From positions 13,764,001 through 13,828,000 of the forward strand of contig OZ024743.1 of the NCBI GenBank assembly GCA_964016885.1: a stretch of DNA of 64,000 bases. The letters are read 5' to 3'. Below, one piece after another: positions 13,395-30,803 of this stretch; within the stretch, counting starts at the first letter, position 1, and each line of letters opens with the position of its first letter. The DNA is from Eledone cirrhosa. Its lineage: Eukaryota. The position numbers and the translations under genes are program-made. Under the pieces are notes generated by a model, which saw only the letters and a list, made by a program, of their open reading frames with translations, was not told where the DNA came from and ran no database searches.

Positions 13395-14005
13395 TAAACT
13401 TCTTTAAGTCGTTTGGAAACCTCGACAATGCAGATGGATAAATCTCCGGTAGTCAGAGAGAGAGATGTAAGTGGGTGTACGTTGAGATGCGTGGCGTGTA
13501 TAAGACTGTAACGTGTAGAGGAATGAAGGAATGAGCGTAAAGGATAAAAATAAAAATAACAACAACACGAGAAAGAGTTACCTTGGGAGAGATTTAATTG
13601 TCCCTATATATTCGGATTCACATCCATCAACTGGGGTTTTTTCCGGGGAGGGGGAGGGGAGGTTGTCTGTCGGAAAGGTGCGAAACGTGTCCTCCGCTGT
13701 TCGTTGTTTTGAATATCTGAGGTATTCAGTAGAGAGCGCGTGCACGTGAAATGGGGTCGGTCAGACAGAGGTTAGCGGCCGAAGTAGTTCTTTCAATTGT
13801 AAGAGTGGGGTGGCGGTAGCTGTCAGTCCATTCTCTGACTTTAGTCTTAATTCCTTCATTCCTCTACACGTTACAGTCTTATACACGCCATGCATCTGAA
13901 CGTACAGCCACTTACATTCTCTCTCTCTCCACCACCGGATCTTGTTACCCGGAGATTTACCCATCTGCATTGTCGAGGTTTCCAAACAACTTAAAAAAAT
14001 TAACC
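13393..14005. repeat. ~145-bp inverted repeat (13393-13535 vs 13850-14005) between (TA)n tracts
   Basis: gtttggaaacctcgacaatgcagatgg...gtgtagaggaatgaaggaat is mirrored by attccttcattcctctacac...ccatctgcattgtcgaggtttccaaac. Confidence 0.85.
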
Positions 14006-14045
14006 TTATTATTCCACAATGCTTCAAGCAAACTTCAATGCTCTC

Positions 14046-14802
<757 letters not shown>

Positions 14803-14839
14803 GTTAAAAGAATAGATGTGTAACACACAAGTTATTATA

Positions 14840-15168
14840 TATTGATAAACGGAATATAAAATGCTGACAAATTGTTCACAGTGAAAAATATTTTAATTAG
14901 GAATAAATGAGAATTAGTAATTGTATTGGTTAGTATTCAGTTTTGGTTTTAAGTTTTACCGGTTGCGCATTTCTAAATGCTTTTCAGAGCAAACATCACG
15001 GACGCTCTATCTCAAAATTATTTTTGAAAAGCATTTAGAAATGCGCAACCGGTAAAACTTAAAACTAAAACTGAATACTAACCAATACAATTACTAATTC
15101 TCATTTATTCCTAATTAAACTATTTTTCACTGTGAACAATTTGTCAGCATTTTCTATTCCGTTTACCA

Positions 15169-15172
<4 letters not shown>
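14840..15172. repeat. ~145-bp inverted repeat with short spacer; hammerhead-like motif at 15021-15057
   Basis: 14843-14986 mirrors 15025-15170; right arm reads ttt-TTGAAAA-gcattt ag aaatgc-GCAA-ccgg-TA-aaa. Confidence 0.8.
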
Positions 15173-15234
<62 letters not shown>

Positions 15235-15258
15235 ATATATATATATATATATGTATAA

Positions 15259-15291
<33 letters not shown>

Positions 15292-15293
15292 AA

Positions 15294-15460
<167 letters not shown>

Positions 15461-15472
15461 ATATATATATAT

Positions 15473-15548
<76 letters not shown>

Positions 15549-15744
15549 TTAAGGATACTATTTATGGTTATGTATATACTAAAACCTTTTATAGTTATAT
15601 ATTATACCCTAAATAGTGAAAGACAGTAATTTATTACTATCTTATTACCAGTAAGATAAATAGCTCAATGTAACAACATCAGTTGTTTTACAGAGCAGTT
15701 ATATAGAGAATACATGAAACAAAGTTCTGTTTAAATTATTTATC

Positions 15745-15792
15745 TGCTTACAATTGTTTCTTCCAAACCGAGGTTTTGGAGTCTTCGGAGCA
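15745..15792 (-). ncRNA. Degenerate minimal hammerhead (U4C core change)
   Basis: tgct-CCGAAGA-ctccaaa...tttggaa-GAAA-caattg-TA-agca. Confidence 0.55.
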
Positions 15793-16739
15793 ATTATTCA
15801 GTGATTTTTAACATACTTGACCTCGTTTTCAATACAAGAGACGTAGAAACATATGTATATATTGACCCACAGTGGGTTGACATCCATTATAATAATATAG
15901 CATGTTAATTTACATACAAATATTACAGTCATATTAAAGGACAAAATAAAAATTAAAATAATTAAAATAAAATAAAAGATAGGCAGTCCACTAAGATAAA
16001 GCGAAAGGAAAGTTTGGAGTAGCCAGTGTATGCAATAGTCACACGTGTGGCATGCACGCGTGTCCTATTTATACAAGATTATAGTGCGGCAGATTGTTAC
16101 AAGTAAAACAAGCAGTCAAAGCAGGCAAGAGCCTCATGGGGGTGAACTGGTTAAACATTATTTACACACACCTGTACGATATACAAGCCCGCGTGTGGAG
16201 AAACACCAAAAATATGAAAATATTACTAATGAGAAGCAAAACAGCACCACTGTCCTCGTACACACCACCACTCTCACAATCCAGGAAACGCAATTCATAG
16301 ACTACATGCCGATCTCACAATCCACGATGATTCAACATTGGGTGCCAGGTGAACCATGCTAGAACATCACAGCTTGTCGTTCTTTAATTCGATTCATATA
16401 TCAGATTGTTTTTGTTGTGAGAGATGACATCGTATTATATTCCGGAAGTGTGTGTGTGATTAAGGGGAGTTAATGCGTAAGGGGAGGTAACTAGCTGATT
16501 TCTATAGTTAAATTTATTATCCTAAAGTATATTAATGGTGTCTCAAATGAGTTCTCATCATATAAGGTTATAAACAATTTCTAAAATTTAAGTATCTTAT
16601 CTATAAATTACAGTGTAGTCTATCGAGAAGTACTAAAGGTGTTCATATTAGGATGAATACAGTCAGTAGGCATCTCTAACAAAATACACCCCCGTCCCAC
16701 CACCCCCGTCCCACCCCCGTCCCATCCACCCCCCTTTCA

Positions 16740-17131
<392 letters not shown>

Positions 17132-17267
17132 GATAAATCTACCAAGAGTTTACGGTAGTGTCCAATCCGTATGAAGAACTCAATGTATTCCGGATATCAT
17201 GGAAAGAAGAGATGTAATGAAAAATCACTTTCGGTGAAAGATAAACGGTATAGAGAGTCAAGATAAC

Positions 17268-18110
17268 ATATTAAACAAATAATGAATAAACAATGAGACA
17301 GTTCCTTATATTAAACAAAAAAAGTTCATTATTTAACGATCGTTTCTAGGATATATATGTGTTAGAATTGGCATGCATATTCAACAGATCTATGTACAAA
17401 ATTATACAAAATTATACAAACTATCAAGATTAAATATACATACCAACACATATATACGCCGTCTTCAGAAATAATGAAGTATATTTATTGATAATAACAA
17501 CAATTCAAAATTTCAGGTCCGTTTGGGAACAAAATTGACCAATGAAAATACAAAAGGTTTAATGCAGTTCGGTGTGTGTATATACATGTAAAACCCTTAC
17601 ACATATTTTACAAAAATGTATGAATAACTTGTATACGCATACTAAAAGGATGGATGCAAATACAAAATTTCAAGGTTAATGTCTCTGTAAGTTTATAATG
17701 CACAGATAAGATGCGTATAGACACACAAATATGAAATAAGTGTATAGATATATTTTCATACTCACACATATCCGTACAATCACACATACACGCGCGTATA
17801 TGCATAAATATACACATAACCACGAACATACAAACACACACACACCCCCACTCACATATATATGTGGATATAAAATCATAAGCACATGGATATTAATTCA
17901 CTCACATAAACACTGGCACACACATTTAGATCAAGATACAGAAATTAGGTGGGAGGGGGGGAGAGGTCAGTATTCAACGGTCTGGGCAGACTGCTTAATA
18001 TAGATGTATCTATAAACTAAGAAAATAAAAAATAGTAAATAATAAATAAACATTAAAGAGGAAAGAATAGAAAAAGAAAAAAGAAAAAAGAAATATATCA
18101 AGAAAATATA

Positions 18111-18184
<74 letters not shown>

Positions 18185-18338
18185 CATACATACACACACA
18201 CACACACATACATATATATACACATATACAAACACATACATACATATACACACATCCACACTAAGAACATACATACACACACAATTATAAACATATACAT
18301 ATACACACATACATACATATACACACATACATATAAAT

Positions 18339-18389
<51 letters not shown>

Positions 18390-18677
18390 CATACACACAT
18401 ACATACACATATAATCACACATACTATATAGACACACATATATATACACACATACACGCACATATACATACACTTACATACTTATATACATACAGATATA
18501 CACATACATAGCTATATATACACACAAATACATACAGACATACATACATACATACAGACAAATACTTACGCATCTATATATCGGTATATACATACAAACA
18601 CCACTACACTATCACACAACTCAGACATACAAAGAAAAAGGTATATACTTATACACACATACATATACAAATAGAAA

Positions 18678-18717
<40 letters not shown>

Positions 18718-18966
18718 TATATATATATATATATACATATATATCTATACATACATATACACATACACACACATACACATACATACACATACATACATGT
18801 ACACACACATAGAAATATATACGCATACACACATACACACATACATATAAAGTCATACACACACATACACCTACACGAACATACACATACACATATATAA
18901 AGATATATATACACACACACACACACACATACACACACACACATATATATAAAAAATAAATAATAA

Positions 18967-19009
<43 letters not shown>

Positions 19010-19342
19010 CATATACATACACACATACATAGACATATATGTACATACATACACATACATAGATACATACACACACATACATACATATATATATACACAC
19101 ATAGACATATACATACATACACACACAACTTACATACACACATATATATTCATACATAGAATTAGATATATAATCATACATACATATGCACTTACATATA
19201 CTCATATATACAAATACATACGCATCCATATATGCGTATATACATAGAAACACCACTACAACCTCACCCAACTCAGACATACAAATAAAAATAAAAAGGC
19301 ATATGCATATACATATATACACGCATTAATAGAGATATACAT

Positions 19343-19388
<46 letters not shown>

Positions 19389-19610
19389 ACTTATATATAT
19401 ATATACATACCCACACACACATACCACCATAAGTACACATACAAACACCCACATATACATATATATACACACATATATATATATATATACACACACATAA
19501 AAAACAGACATGCACATATATATTTTTTTACACATATATATACACATATATACATATACACACCCTCACATATACACACATACACATAAGTTATATTATA
19601 ATAATAAATA

Positions 19611-19700
<90 letters not shown>

Positions 19701-19964
19701 GAATATAGACATATATACACACACAGACACCTATATATACATATATATATATATACACACATACATATACACAGACACATATACACACTCACATATATAT
19801 GTGTGTGCACACACACATATATACACATACACACATATACACATAAACACATATATGTGTATACATGCACACACACACATATATCCACATAGATACGAAG
19901 ATAGACATATAAATAGAGAGACATACATATATATACACACACACATATACATACATACATACAT

Positions 19965-20041
<77 letters not shown>

Positions 20042-21665
20042 CACACATACACATACACACACATATACACATGTATATATACACATATACACATACATAC
20101 ACACACACATATATACACACACAATCTTACATTCATATTTGCATGCGCATATATGTATTTTTATATTCAGATATAAATACCCAAACATATATACACCTAC
20201 CTACATATATATTCATACATACACGCTTACAAACACAGATGATAATAGTATGGGGGAAAGGGGGGGGTTGGAGAAGGGGATTATAGTAAATATATGTTTC
20301 AAGAAACATAGAATATTATCCGTATCTGGATCCAATGTATGTTTTTACATAGTTTCAGTGTTAGGAAATACAATAAACAAGAAATAAGGCAAAATTTATG
20401 CATTTCAAAATAAATAAGTATACCATTAATTATATGTTAACTAAACTAAAGATAGTTAACATATTGGTTTCTAAGGTGTAAATTAGTTAGGTTTATAATA
20501 TTTGAAGCAGAATTTTGAAGTTAAATAGTAGTAGAGTATTAATTATAGTATAACTAAATTAAAGTTAATAACGTTATGGTATCAATATTAGGAAATGAAT
20601 TTAGTAATAGGGAAAAAACAAATAAAGTATTACATCGGTAGTAGAATATAAATTATAGGTTAACTAAATTAAAAATTATATATTTATTTCTATAGTATAT
20701 GTTAATTAGGTATATAATAAATAAAACAGATATTGTATTTTATCAATAGCAGAATATAATTATATGCAAATAGAAATCAAAATTAATACATATACATATA
20801 CATATACATACACATACATATATACATATATATACACATATATATATACATATATACACATATACACACACACACACACATACACATACACATATACATA
20901 TACATATTTTTTTCAAAAAATTGCATAGAATATATTAACTAGGTATATATCCAAAACACATCCCATTCTATGATTACATGACATTCTGCAATTCGTCTGT
21001 ATAAGGATACTAATTTTAAGCAAATTAAATTAAATTTTTAGGTTGATTAAAATTAAAACCAAATTATAAATATATTTCTAAAATGTATATTAATTAGGTC
21101 TATAATACTAAAAATTATTTCTCTGTCATTGGATACACGATATTATTTTGTTATATTTTATCTGTAAAAGAATTATAATAAAAGGTTTAAATAAATTAAA
21201 ATTAATCTATAAATTAAATTACTAAGTATATATTAGTAATATTTAAAGGTTTTTCACAATTTATGATTACATAATATTTTATATTCTCATCTGTAATAAA
21301 ATTTTAATTAAATTAAATTTATAGGTTAACCAACATTTAAATTAAATTAATTTCTAAAATAATGTTATTAATTAGGTTTATAATATTTAAATGTTTTTTT
21401 TAGTTTATGATTACACGATATAATTAATTCCTGTCGTTTATTTAATAAGATATCCTTAGATTTCATTATTTCAAATAGTTCTTGGGAACATAATCTACAT
21501 TCATTTCTATTATTTTGATAAGGGGTGGCTCTTTTGAGCACACTCCAGGTCAAATCATATTCTATATTCTTATTTTTATAACTATTGATTTTTTCTGCTA
21601 GAGATGTTGTATTAGCCAGTGCGGCATTTTTAAAACTATGCTTGTGGGTATTAAACCTTGTTTAA
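17268..21665 (-). mobile_element. 5'-truncated Penelope-like element: GIY-YIG C-terminus plus ~4-kb microsatellite-rich 3' region ending in a hammerhead
   Basis: 21368-21660 translates [11 protein letters not shown]...NTTSLA...LTWSVL...CRLCSQE...LLNKRQELIISCNH, matching the C-terminus of ORF 40962..41486; terminal ~1 kb is repeated inverted at 21667-22740. Confidence 0.75.
17325..17478 (-). ncRNA. Type I hammerhead ribozyme with 115-nt stem II region
   Basis: Reverse-complement twin of 22526-22679. Confidence 0.75.
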
Positions 21666-21666
21666 A

Positions 21667-22814
<1,148 letters not shown>

Positions 22815-22863
22815 TATATATATATAAAATAAACTAAACTAAATAAGTCAACTATTTAAAATT

Positions 22864-22914
22864 TGCTATATATATTTCGGTGACAGCCATCTTTGGTTGT
22901 GAGCTCTTCAGGCA
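22864..22914 (-). ncRNA. Minimal type I hammerhead
   Basis: tgc-CTGAAGA-gctcacaacca aaga tggctgtcacc-GAAA-tatata-TA-gca; stem II is imperfect. Confidence 0.6.
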
Positions 22915-23069
22915 GTCCGAATTAGTGTGGTAGAAACGAGTACACATGTTGTTGAGGTGTTTAACTTTGTCAATACTCTGATATGCCCAGTTCCTGGTTG
23001 TCTTGTTATTTCACTGAGGAACTGGAATCATATGAATTTAAACAAACGAATTTCAGTGTCAGAGGACAT

Positions 23070-24130
23070 CCTCTCCCCCCATTGGTCAGTTGTGAGAACA
23101 TTCTTCAGTCAAAAGTCTATAGAAATTCGTTCTGAGGCGAGGCAATCGGTAGTGGTTGTTCTTGTTATTGTTAAGTACATCTGACGTCTACTCTTATGTT
23201 GGTAGTGGTGTTGGTGTTGGGTCAGCTGAAAAAAATGATAAACTGGTAAAAATTATAAAATGGTAGAAGGAATAATATATTAAAAGAATAAAATAAGATA
23301 ATCAAATAAAATGTGTTTGTTATAACCAATCTCAAAGTTAGAAAGATTTGTAAGATCCACGCCTCCCATTGGTCAGTTGTGAGAGCATTCCTCAGTCAGC
23401 AGTCTATAGAAATCTATAGAAATTCTTTCTGGGGTGATGTTATCTTTAGTGTTTGTTTTTGCTATTGTTAAGTACATCTGGCCTCTACCCTTATTTTGGT
23501 AGTAGTGTTGGAGCTGCGGTCAGCCTAGGTCTTGATGCTGATGATTTTTGAAGTATCTGTGTGTGTTTTGCATCCATCCTGTCACCATTTCTCGTGGTGG
23601 TGGTGGGCGGTTGGGGGGTTGGGAGGGGGTGCCAATCCTATGAAGAAATAAAAGGCAATAAAGTGAAGAAAAGAGAAAATGTAAATAAGATAATATAAGC
23701 AAATAATTAAACAAAAACAAATGATAACATGGTAGAAGGAATAAGATGGTAAAATAATAAAATAAGATAATCAAATAAAATGTGTGTATGTTATAACCAA
23801 TCTCAAAGTTAGAAAGATTTCTAAGATCCACTCCTCCCATTGGTCAGTTGTGAGAGCATTCCTCAGTCAAAAGTCTATAGAAATTCTTTCTGGGGTGAGG
23901 CTATCTGTAGTGTTTCTTTTTGCTATTGTTAAGTATATCTGACCTCTACCCTTATTTTGGTAGTGGTGTTGGTGCTGCGGTCAGCCTAGGTCTTGCTGCT
24001 GATTGTATAAGTATCTGTGTGTGGTTGCCTCCATCCTGCCACCATTTCTCGTATTGGTGGTGGTGGTGGTTGGTCGTTGTGGTGGTGGTGGTGGGGCGTT
24101 TGTGCCATGCATATGAGGAAATAAAAGGTA
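23070..24130. repeat. Imperfect tandem repeats (three copies of a ~200-bp core; spacing ~290 and ~470 bp)
   Basis: cccattggtcagttgtgaga...agtctatagaaat recurs at ~23078, ~23365 and ~23836. Confidence 0.85.
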
Positions 24131-24607
24131 ATAAAATGAGAAAAAAAAAAAAAAATAAATGAAAAATAAGAAAATGAAGATTCAAATAAAGTAAAATAAT
24201 TTACCATTATCTCTAATCTAGATTCTATAATAAATAGACGTACAGATTTGTTTTCTATCTGCCTGCATAAATTCCATAGGACTTTTCACAAAGTATACAG
24301 CTAATATTCAATTCTTTATCAATTTAGAATCTTTTCTCAAAGGCACATATACATACACCTCTTTAAAATATACCCATCTTCCTACCTTACTTCAAAGGGC
24401 ATTATACACTCTATAATACTTGTTTACTCATTACCCTCATTCTATCTTCACCTTGTAAAATCCTTCATAACATATACATTTGTTTTTTTGACGTTAGAAT
24501 ATTCATCCGCAATTATTATTATTTTTTCACTCTATCATAAGACTTTTTAATCTCAATTTCATCCTTAATTTATTATTTTTTTTCTCCCCATCAACGAACT
24601 CATTCTT

Positions 24608-24828
24608 AATACATATTAACTCTTTCTTCGCACATATTATCAATTCCTTCAATATACAAACCTTAACTTCACATTATTTTTCTCAAATCATCTAATACAC
24701 AAACCTTAATAATTTTTTAATACATATTAACTCTTTCTTCGCACATATTATCAATTCCTTCAATATACAAACTTTAACTTCACATTATTTTTCTCAAATC
24801 CTTCTACACACAAACCTTAATAATTTTT
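24608..24828. repeat. ~110-bp tandem duplication
   Basis: aatacatattaactctttcttcgcacatattatc at ~24608 and ~24719. Confidence 0.85.
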
Positions 24829-24939
24829 TCTCTTCGTTAATTTTGAAATTGCCACAACACATACACCTTTTTGACGTTAGAATATTCATCCGCAATTATT
24901 ATTTTTTCTCTCTATCTTCATACATATCAACTCCCTCTC

Positions 24940-25598
24940 TTTCCTCGTACATATTTTTCCCTCCGTTAATTTTCTAATTCTTTTAATTTATACATTATCT
25001 TCCAACGGTTCTCAACCTCTCTATGTAAAACAATATATCTTTTCTCAGTTATAAAAACTATCTCTTTCTCTCTATCACCCATTTCTCCCTCTCCACCTTC
25101 ACTCTCATCTCCTCCCCTTTTTTCATCCTTTCCTCCCCCCCTCCCTAAATAAAATATTTTTTCCTCGTACATATTTTTCCCTTCGTTAATTTTCAAATTC
25201 TTTTAATTCATACATTATCTTCCAACGGTTTTCAACCTCTCTATGTAAAACAATATATCTTTTCTCAGTTATAAAAACTATCTCTTTCTCTCTATCACCC
25301 ATCTCTCCCTCTCCACCTTCACTCTCATCTCCTCCTCTTTTTTCATCCTTTCCACCCCCTCCCTAAATAAAATATTTTTTCCTCGTACATATTTTTCCCT
25401 TCGTTAATTTTCAAATTCTTTTAATTCATACATTATCTTCCAACGGTTTTCAACCTCTCTATGTAAAACAATATATCTTCTCTCAGTTATAAAAACTATC
25501 TCTTTCTCTCTATCACCCATCTCTCCCTCTCCACCTTCACTCTCATCTCCTCCCCTTTTTCATCCTTTCCACCCCCCTCTCTAAATAAAATATTTTTC
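24940..25598. repeat. ~220-bp tandem repeat x3
   Basis: ttcctcgtacatatttttccc at 24941, 25161 and 25379. Confidence 0.9.
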
Positions 25599-25629
25599 CC
25601 AATATCACACATCAATCTAAAACCACTTT

Positions 25630-25860
25630 TCATATGTTGATTTAAAACTGCACTATCCACAAGTGTTTTTTAGCCTTCATATCACGTTCTCCTGTTTTAT
25701 CTGATGAAAACACAAATATTATTGCATGATGATGTTTGTTTTTGAAATGCGCATAATAAAATACATGGAACTCCTTTAACCGTCTTTTGATCTTATATAT
25801 TATGTATACTCCAGTCCTACAAACTGTAGAGTGCTTCTTATCCGATATCTGCATTGCATT
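25630..25860 (-). pseudogene. Possible decayed GIY-YIG endonuclease remnant of a PLE
   Basis: VCRTG...KIKRRLKEF...YAHF...HLWIVQF resembles YVGxT...RxxEH...HF...ExxWI; same strand as the hammerhead at 22864. Confidence 0.35.
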
Positions 25861-26199
25861 GCTTTATTGTACTACAATAAAACTCACCTCCTACATATAT
25901 ATATATATATATATATATATGTATAAATGTGTGTGTGTGCACGCGCGCGCATGTGGTTGAGTGTGTGCGAGTTTAGTGGCCTCCTGGCCTTTGCCCCGGT
26001 CTGTAGTGTACTCAAATATATTTATACGGCACCTATTGGTATCTATTGTAATGTCAACTTTCGTTTAGTGAAAATATGTTAAAAGTTATTTAAATATTGC
26101 ATAAGAATTTTGAAGATTTATTAAGAATATCTAAATACATAAAGTAATAAAGAAAATAATAGAAAAATGTATTGTATGGAAAGTATAAAATATTTTCAG

Positions 26200-26500
26200 A
26201 ACTCCAGTATGTACATTGTTGGAGTACCATTTCTATTTGAATACACAGAGCTCAATCTCGAAATGTTGTGCTTCAAGAAACCATTCAAAGTGGGTGTCAG
26301 ACTTTGTCAATGCAACTTAATGTCACCTCTCCTGTTCATTATTTTCATGAACAAGATATGCAGCGCTGTCGATTTGGAAGGGGTATGATAACTGGCAGTT
26401 GTAAAATCAATCGGCTGGAGTTTGCATACGATCTGATGTTACTTTATTGGACAAAAGGTGATCCTAGACTTGCGTGATAATTTTGATGCAGAGAGCTGTG
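26200..26500 (+). mobile_element. Decayed RTE-type reverse transcriptase fragment
   Basis: KPFKVGVRLCQCNLMSPLLFIIFMNKI and LEFAYDLMLL (decayed QG..LSP.LF and FADD motifs). Confidence 0.65.
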
Positions 26501-26751
26501 TGTATGTATGACATATTAACGTGTTGGAGATGTGCACGTTAATATACCAATACAGCATCCCACCATGCATCGAGTGCTATCGGGTTTGTGGTCTCCCCGC
26601 TCTTTGTTCTACAGACACAGTGGACATGTATTTATATATATTGATATGAATTCCTCAGTTATATTACGAAGAAAACCATTATTCAATAATGTACCCAATA
26701 CATTTTGGATATAGCATTGAAAACAACAATTTCTCTAATAATTATATATAT

Positions 26752-26953
26752 CTAGGGCGGGTAAAATTCCCGAGATCCATGGACGAGGTCTCTCCAGCGG
26801 TCTCTGTCCCTCATTATCACAGCCAACAGCCCAGTGCCTGTCCTTGGGTCATAAACATATGTTAACTTCAGTTTTCCTCTTACAGTGTCTCCATGCAGGA
26901 GCTCCCACAGGAGCACTGAGTGCAGTGTCAAGTCTGGATGTCGGTGAGCATGT
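26752..26953 (-). mobile_element. RTE/RTEX-like 3' end, same family as 1316-2096
   Basis: Matches both 1360-1415 (gagcactgagtgca..tctggatgtcggtgagcatgtc) and the reverse complement of 2030-2096. Confidence 0.8.
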
Positions 26954-27101
26954 CAGGGTTAGAACATTTTAGAGCATGTCTGGGTTAGAACATTTTAAAA
27001 CAAAATATTTTATTTTGTGTGAAGTGTTAAGGTAGTAGTTAATTTATTTATTAATTAACAATGGCATTTATTTATTTATTTATATATTTAATGATTGTCT
27101 A

Positions 27102-27133
27102 TTACCGGTTTCAGCATTTTATGCATTATCAAA
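27102..27133 (-). ncRNA. Hammerhead-like core (U3-A8 variant), stem I lost
   Basis: TTGATAA-tgcat aaa atgct-GAAA-ccgg-TA; flanks do not form stem I. Confidence 0.4.
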
Positions 27134-27976
27134 GGGGCGAATTTGTATTGGTGTAAAATGTTGGTGATGTTTAACATGTTAAGGAAATGGGGATGAAATA
27201 ATAATATTACTTACAAACAAGGTTTTTGAAGTGAAAAGTAATAAAAAAAAAAAAAGACGGTGATGTGGAACATGATAAGGTAATGGGTAAGAAAAAATAA
27301 TATTATTTACAGGCATAGTTCCTGAGGATAAGCAGTTCAAAATGTGTTACTATGACAAGACCGCTTAGTTGATCCATAATGGAGGCAAATGGTAGTCTGC
27401 GGTTTGATACGATTTCCCTTTTTAGAGAGTTAATATGCAGGGGGAGGTAATGTATATATATACATATATATATATATACATCTGTTTATCGCGTGTGTAT
27501 ATAAGTATTAGAAGAAAGAAGAGAGGCGGACTGATAGAGAGACAGAGGGGAGAGATAGAGGAGGGAGAGACAAACAAAATCATAGTTATATAAATATATA
27601 CATAATTTACACAAATATTTCTCTTGGAATTATGCGATAGCGGCAATAAATTTCAATTTCTTTGCTTACATGTTCTCACCATTCCCTTAAAATTGGTTTA
27701 AAACATGAGAGATACATATTCGCAAATATACATTTTAAATTCAAATTTGTGATGGATATATGGAATATTCCTTTTGATATTAATACAATAGAACCGATAT
27801 GAGAATGAAACAATTCTTCTATTTGATTCTATGTGCATTTAAATTTCTTACATATATACGATTGCTATATAGTGCGATTAGAGGCATCTGCCACATGGAT
27901 ACTTTCGTCAAAATTATTGCGCATAATTACGTAGAGCAACCCAACTCCCACGTAACTCACACACCACAAGGAATTG

Positions 27977-28066
<90 letters not shown>

Positions 28067-29209
28067 GCGCGTGCGTGTGTGTGGGTGTGGTTGTGTGTGC
28101 ATGATGTGTATATACTGTTTATAAGTGTGTATATATACTCACTTATTATACATCAATGTGTAATGATGTCAACATCTTAATCCTGTATCATTGAACACTA
28201 ACTGGTTCTGGGCTTTTACTGTTAGGCAATCTCCTAATCTATTTCTTCACATTTCCCAAATAAATTTGTACATTGTCTTGCACCTGTATGTCATTCATTT
28301 CTCCCTCCACATCTTTAACCGTTCTGCATTCTCTTTGTGTCCGATCTCATAATTCTCTCTCTTCTGCATCAGGTACAACAACTCATTCCCGTTCCTCCAA
28401 TTCACCAGCAAATATTTCTAAACAGCGTAAAAAACAAATGAAAAGATGGGGGAAGGGAATCAAAGTATAATATTCCGGAACTAATTTTAAATTTAGCTGA
28501 TTTTATGACTCCTTTCGTATGGTTTAAAAAGAGGGTTGCGCTCCATTTCTGATGCCGACTCGTAAAAGATTAGCTATTATGGGATGTATTTTGGAAATTC
28601 TAGAGCTTCCAATATCCATTCATGTGGGACTGTCATAGGTGTAGCGGGGAGTCGGAGACGTTAGCGGTCTTTATTCCCTAACTGGACGGCCTCCTGCAAC
28701 TCACTCCAGTCGATGATGTGTGCTGCAAAATGCCCATAATATTAGCCGATATTTGGGAGGCCCTGCTCGTTTGCACGAGGTACCTATCACTCGAGCTGGA
28801 TGGTCTGCTCTATTAGTTGCTAAAAGGTGGCTGAATGTTGCAAGAATGGCCCGACTGAATGGACCTACACTTAGCAGGCACCTGATTTGAAGAAGGGTGA
28901 GGTGCCTTCCTTGGGTATTCTTCGAGCTTTGGGTGGTTCAGGATTGATATGGTTCCTGGGTGACCACCTAAGTTCTCCCACTATCGGTAAATTTATATTG
29001 TTATACGTTCATTGTTTATTGTTATTGTTTACTCGATTAAATAAAAATAAAACCACCACTATATCCAGCACGAGCACCCAGAACCACCACCTAGCACCAC
29101 CACCCATCACCACGACCATCACCATTATTATCATTTTAACTACCAAAATCTCCAGTATATGCATCGCAATATTTTTTTTCTGTCAATGATATCGGTTGAT
29201 GCAGTGTGG

Positions 29210-29210
<1 letters not shown>

Positions 29211-29252
<42 letters not shown>

Positions 29253-29271
29253 GCTACTACTACTGCTACTG

Positions 29272-29316
<45 letters not shown>
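29211..29316. repeat. (ACT)n microsatellite
   Basis: Direct. Confidence 0.95.
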
Positions 29317-30730
29317 AGATTAGAGATAATAATGTGTTTATTATTGTGTGTTTTTCTATGCTCGCATTGATTTTGTTTAAGGGTCAATGGTCAACAGCTC
29401 AAATACATAATGTATATGTTGTGATTTGTAAAGTCATCATAAATAGATTTCGGAAATCCAATATTTCACCTCGTTTCAATAGAAGAGTAATTCGTCAAAT
29501 GACATTGAATAATTGTATTGAAATATAGTCCCAAGCTGCATATATAGATTGCTAGTAAAGAAAATTATTACATACAAGGAGCCAGCTTACTGTTGTTATG
29601 TACTTTAACCTTTTTACGCTGTCAAATTATCCCCTTGCGTATCATTGCATATGTTAACCCCAAGAACATTGTGAAATGACGTCCACGGAGTTTTCTATGA
29701 TATGTTATGTTTTTAATATTCAGATGTTTTGATAAGTCACTGACAGATCGGATTTCTTTATAAATATATTTACTCTCTATTTTATTGGCAAATTTCTTGA
29801 ATGAGGATAGGAAATAGATCAAATTTCTATAATCTACACTATGTCGTGAAGCGACAAGACATCTAATGAATTACATATTTGGTTAAAGAAATATTCTAGC
29901 AAAAAAGATTTGCCCCTACGGTCATAAATTCATAAAGATAGTTCACTTTATTTTGCAGATCATAATTGAACGTACATGACGCATTTTCCCCATTCCTCCT
30001 TTTTGTTGCGCTACCGCCCTAAATTCCAGCACAAAGAGACGCGCCAGCACACACACACACACAATCATTCACACACACGGACGCAGTTACTCACACAAAC
30101 ACACGCACTGGCACGACCAGAGATACACATCCCAACACAGACATACACGCCCACACTCATATATATATATAATATATATATATATATATACATATGTGTG
30201 ATTAACTGTGTGTGTGTGTATGTGTGTGTGGTGTCCGTGCGTTTGTGTTTTTGTTCAATGGTTATAGGAACTAATGACTATCGATAATTATGAAAATATC
30301 GAAAATATTTATAAACAAATAATTTCCTCGAAATAACACCTTTATTTAACCCGTCATATTTTGCCAAACTGATAATTTCGGATATACGATGTCAAAATGA
30401 GAGCCAAGGAATCTTTTTATATAACTACTGATAATGAACTCTTCAATTTTCTATTGAGACTTATTTCTATTATATATCAACATAACTTTCCTTCCTCCGA
30501 AAATTGCTGGTCTTCTGCCTAAATAAGAAATCATTATATATCAATATATTTTGCTTCAGATATACGCATAATGTCTCTTCCTTATCGTTGTGTAGTGTGT
30601 ATGTACATGAAAGTTTATATAAATATCTTATATAAATATTCGGTATGGTGAACTAACTGTTGTGTAACCACCTCTATTTAACTCGTCCTATGGACTAAGT
30701 GCTCTACCACTACGGATATTACACTCTTAC

Positions 30731-30803
<73 letters not shown>

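Noticed and set aside
23780-23880. Minus-strand CTGAGGA...GAAA in the 23-kb repeats as a hammerhead
   Set aside because: No stem I can be formed, and the sister copy at ~23348 has CAAA instead of GAAA.
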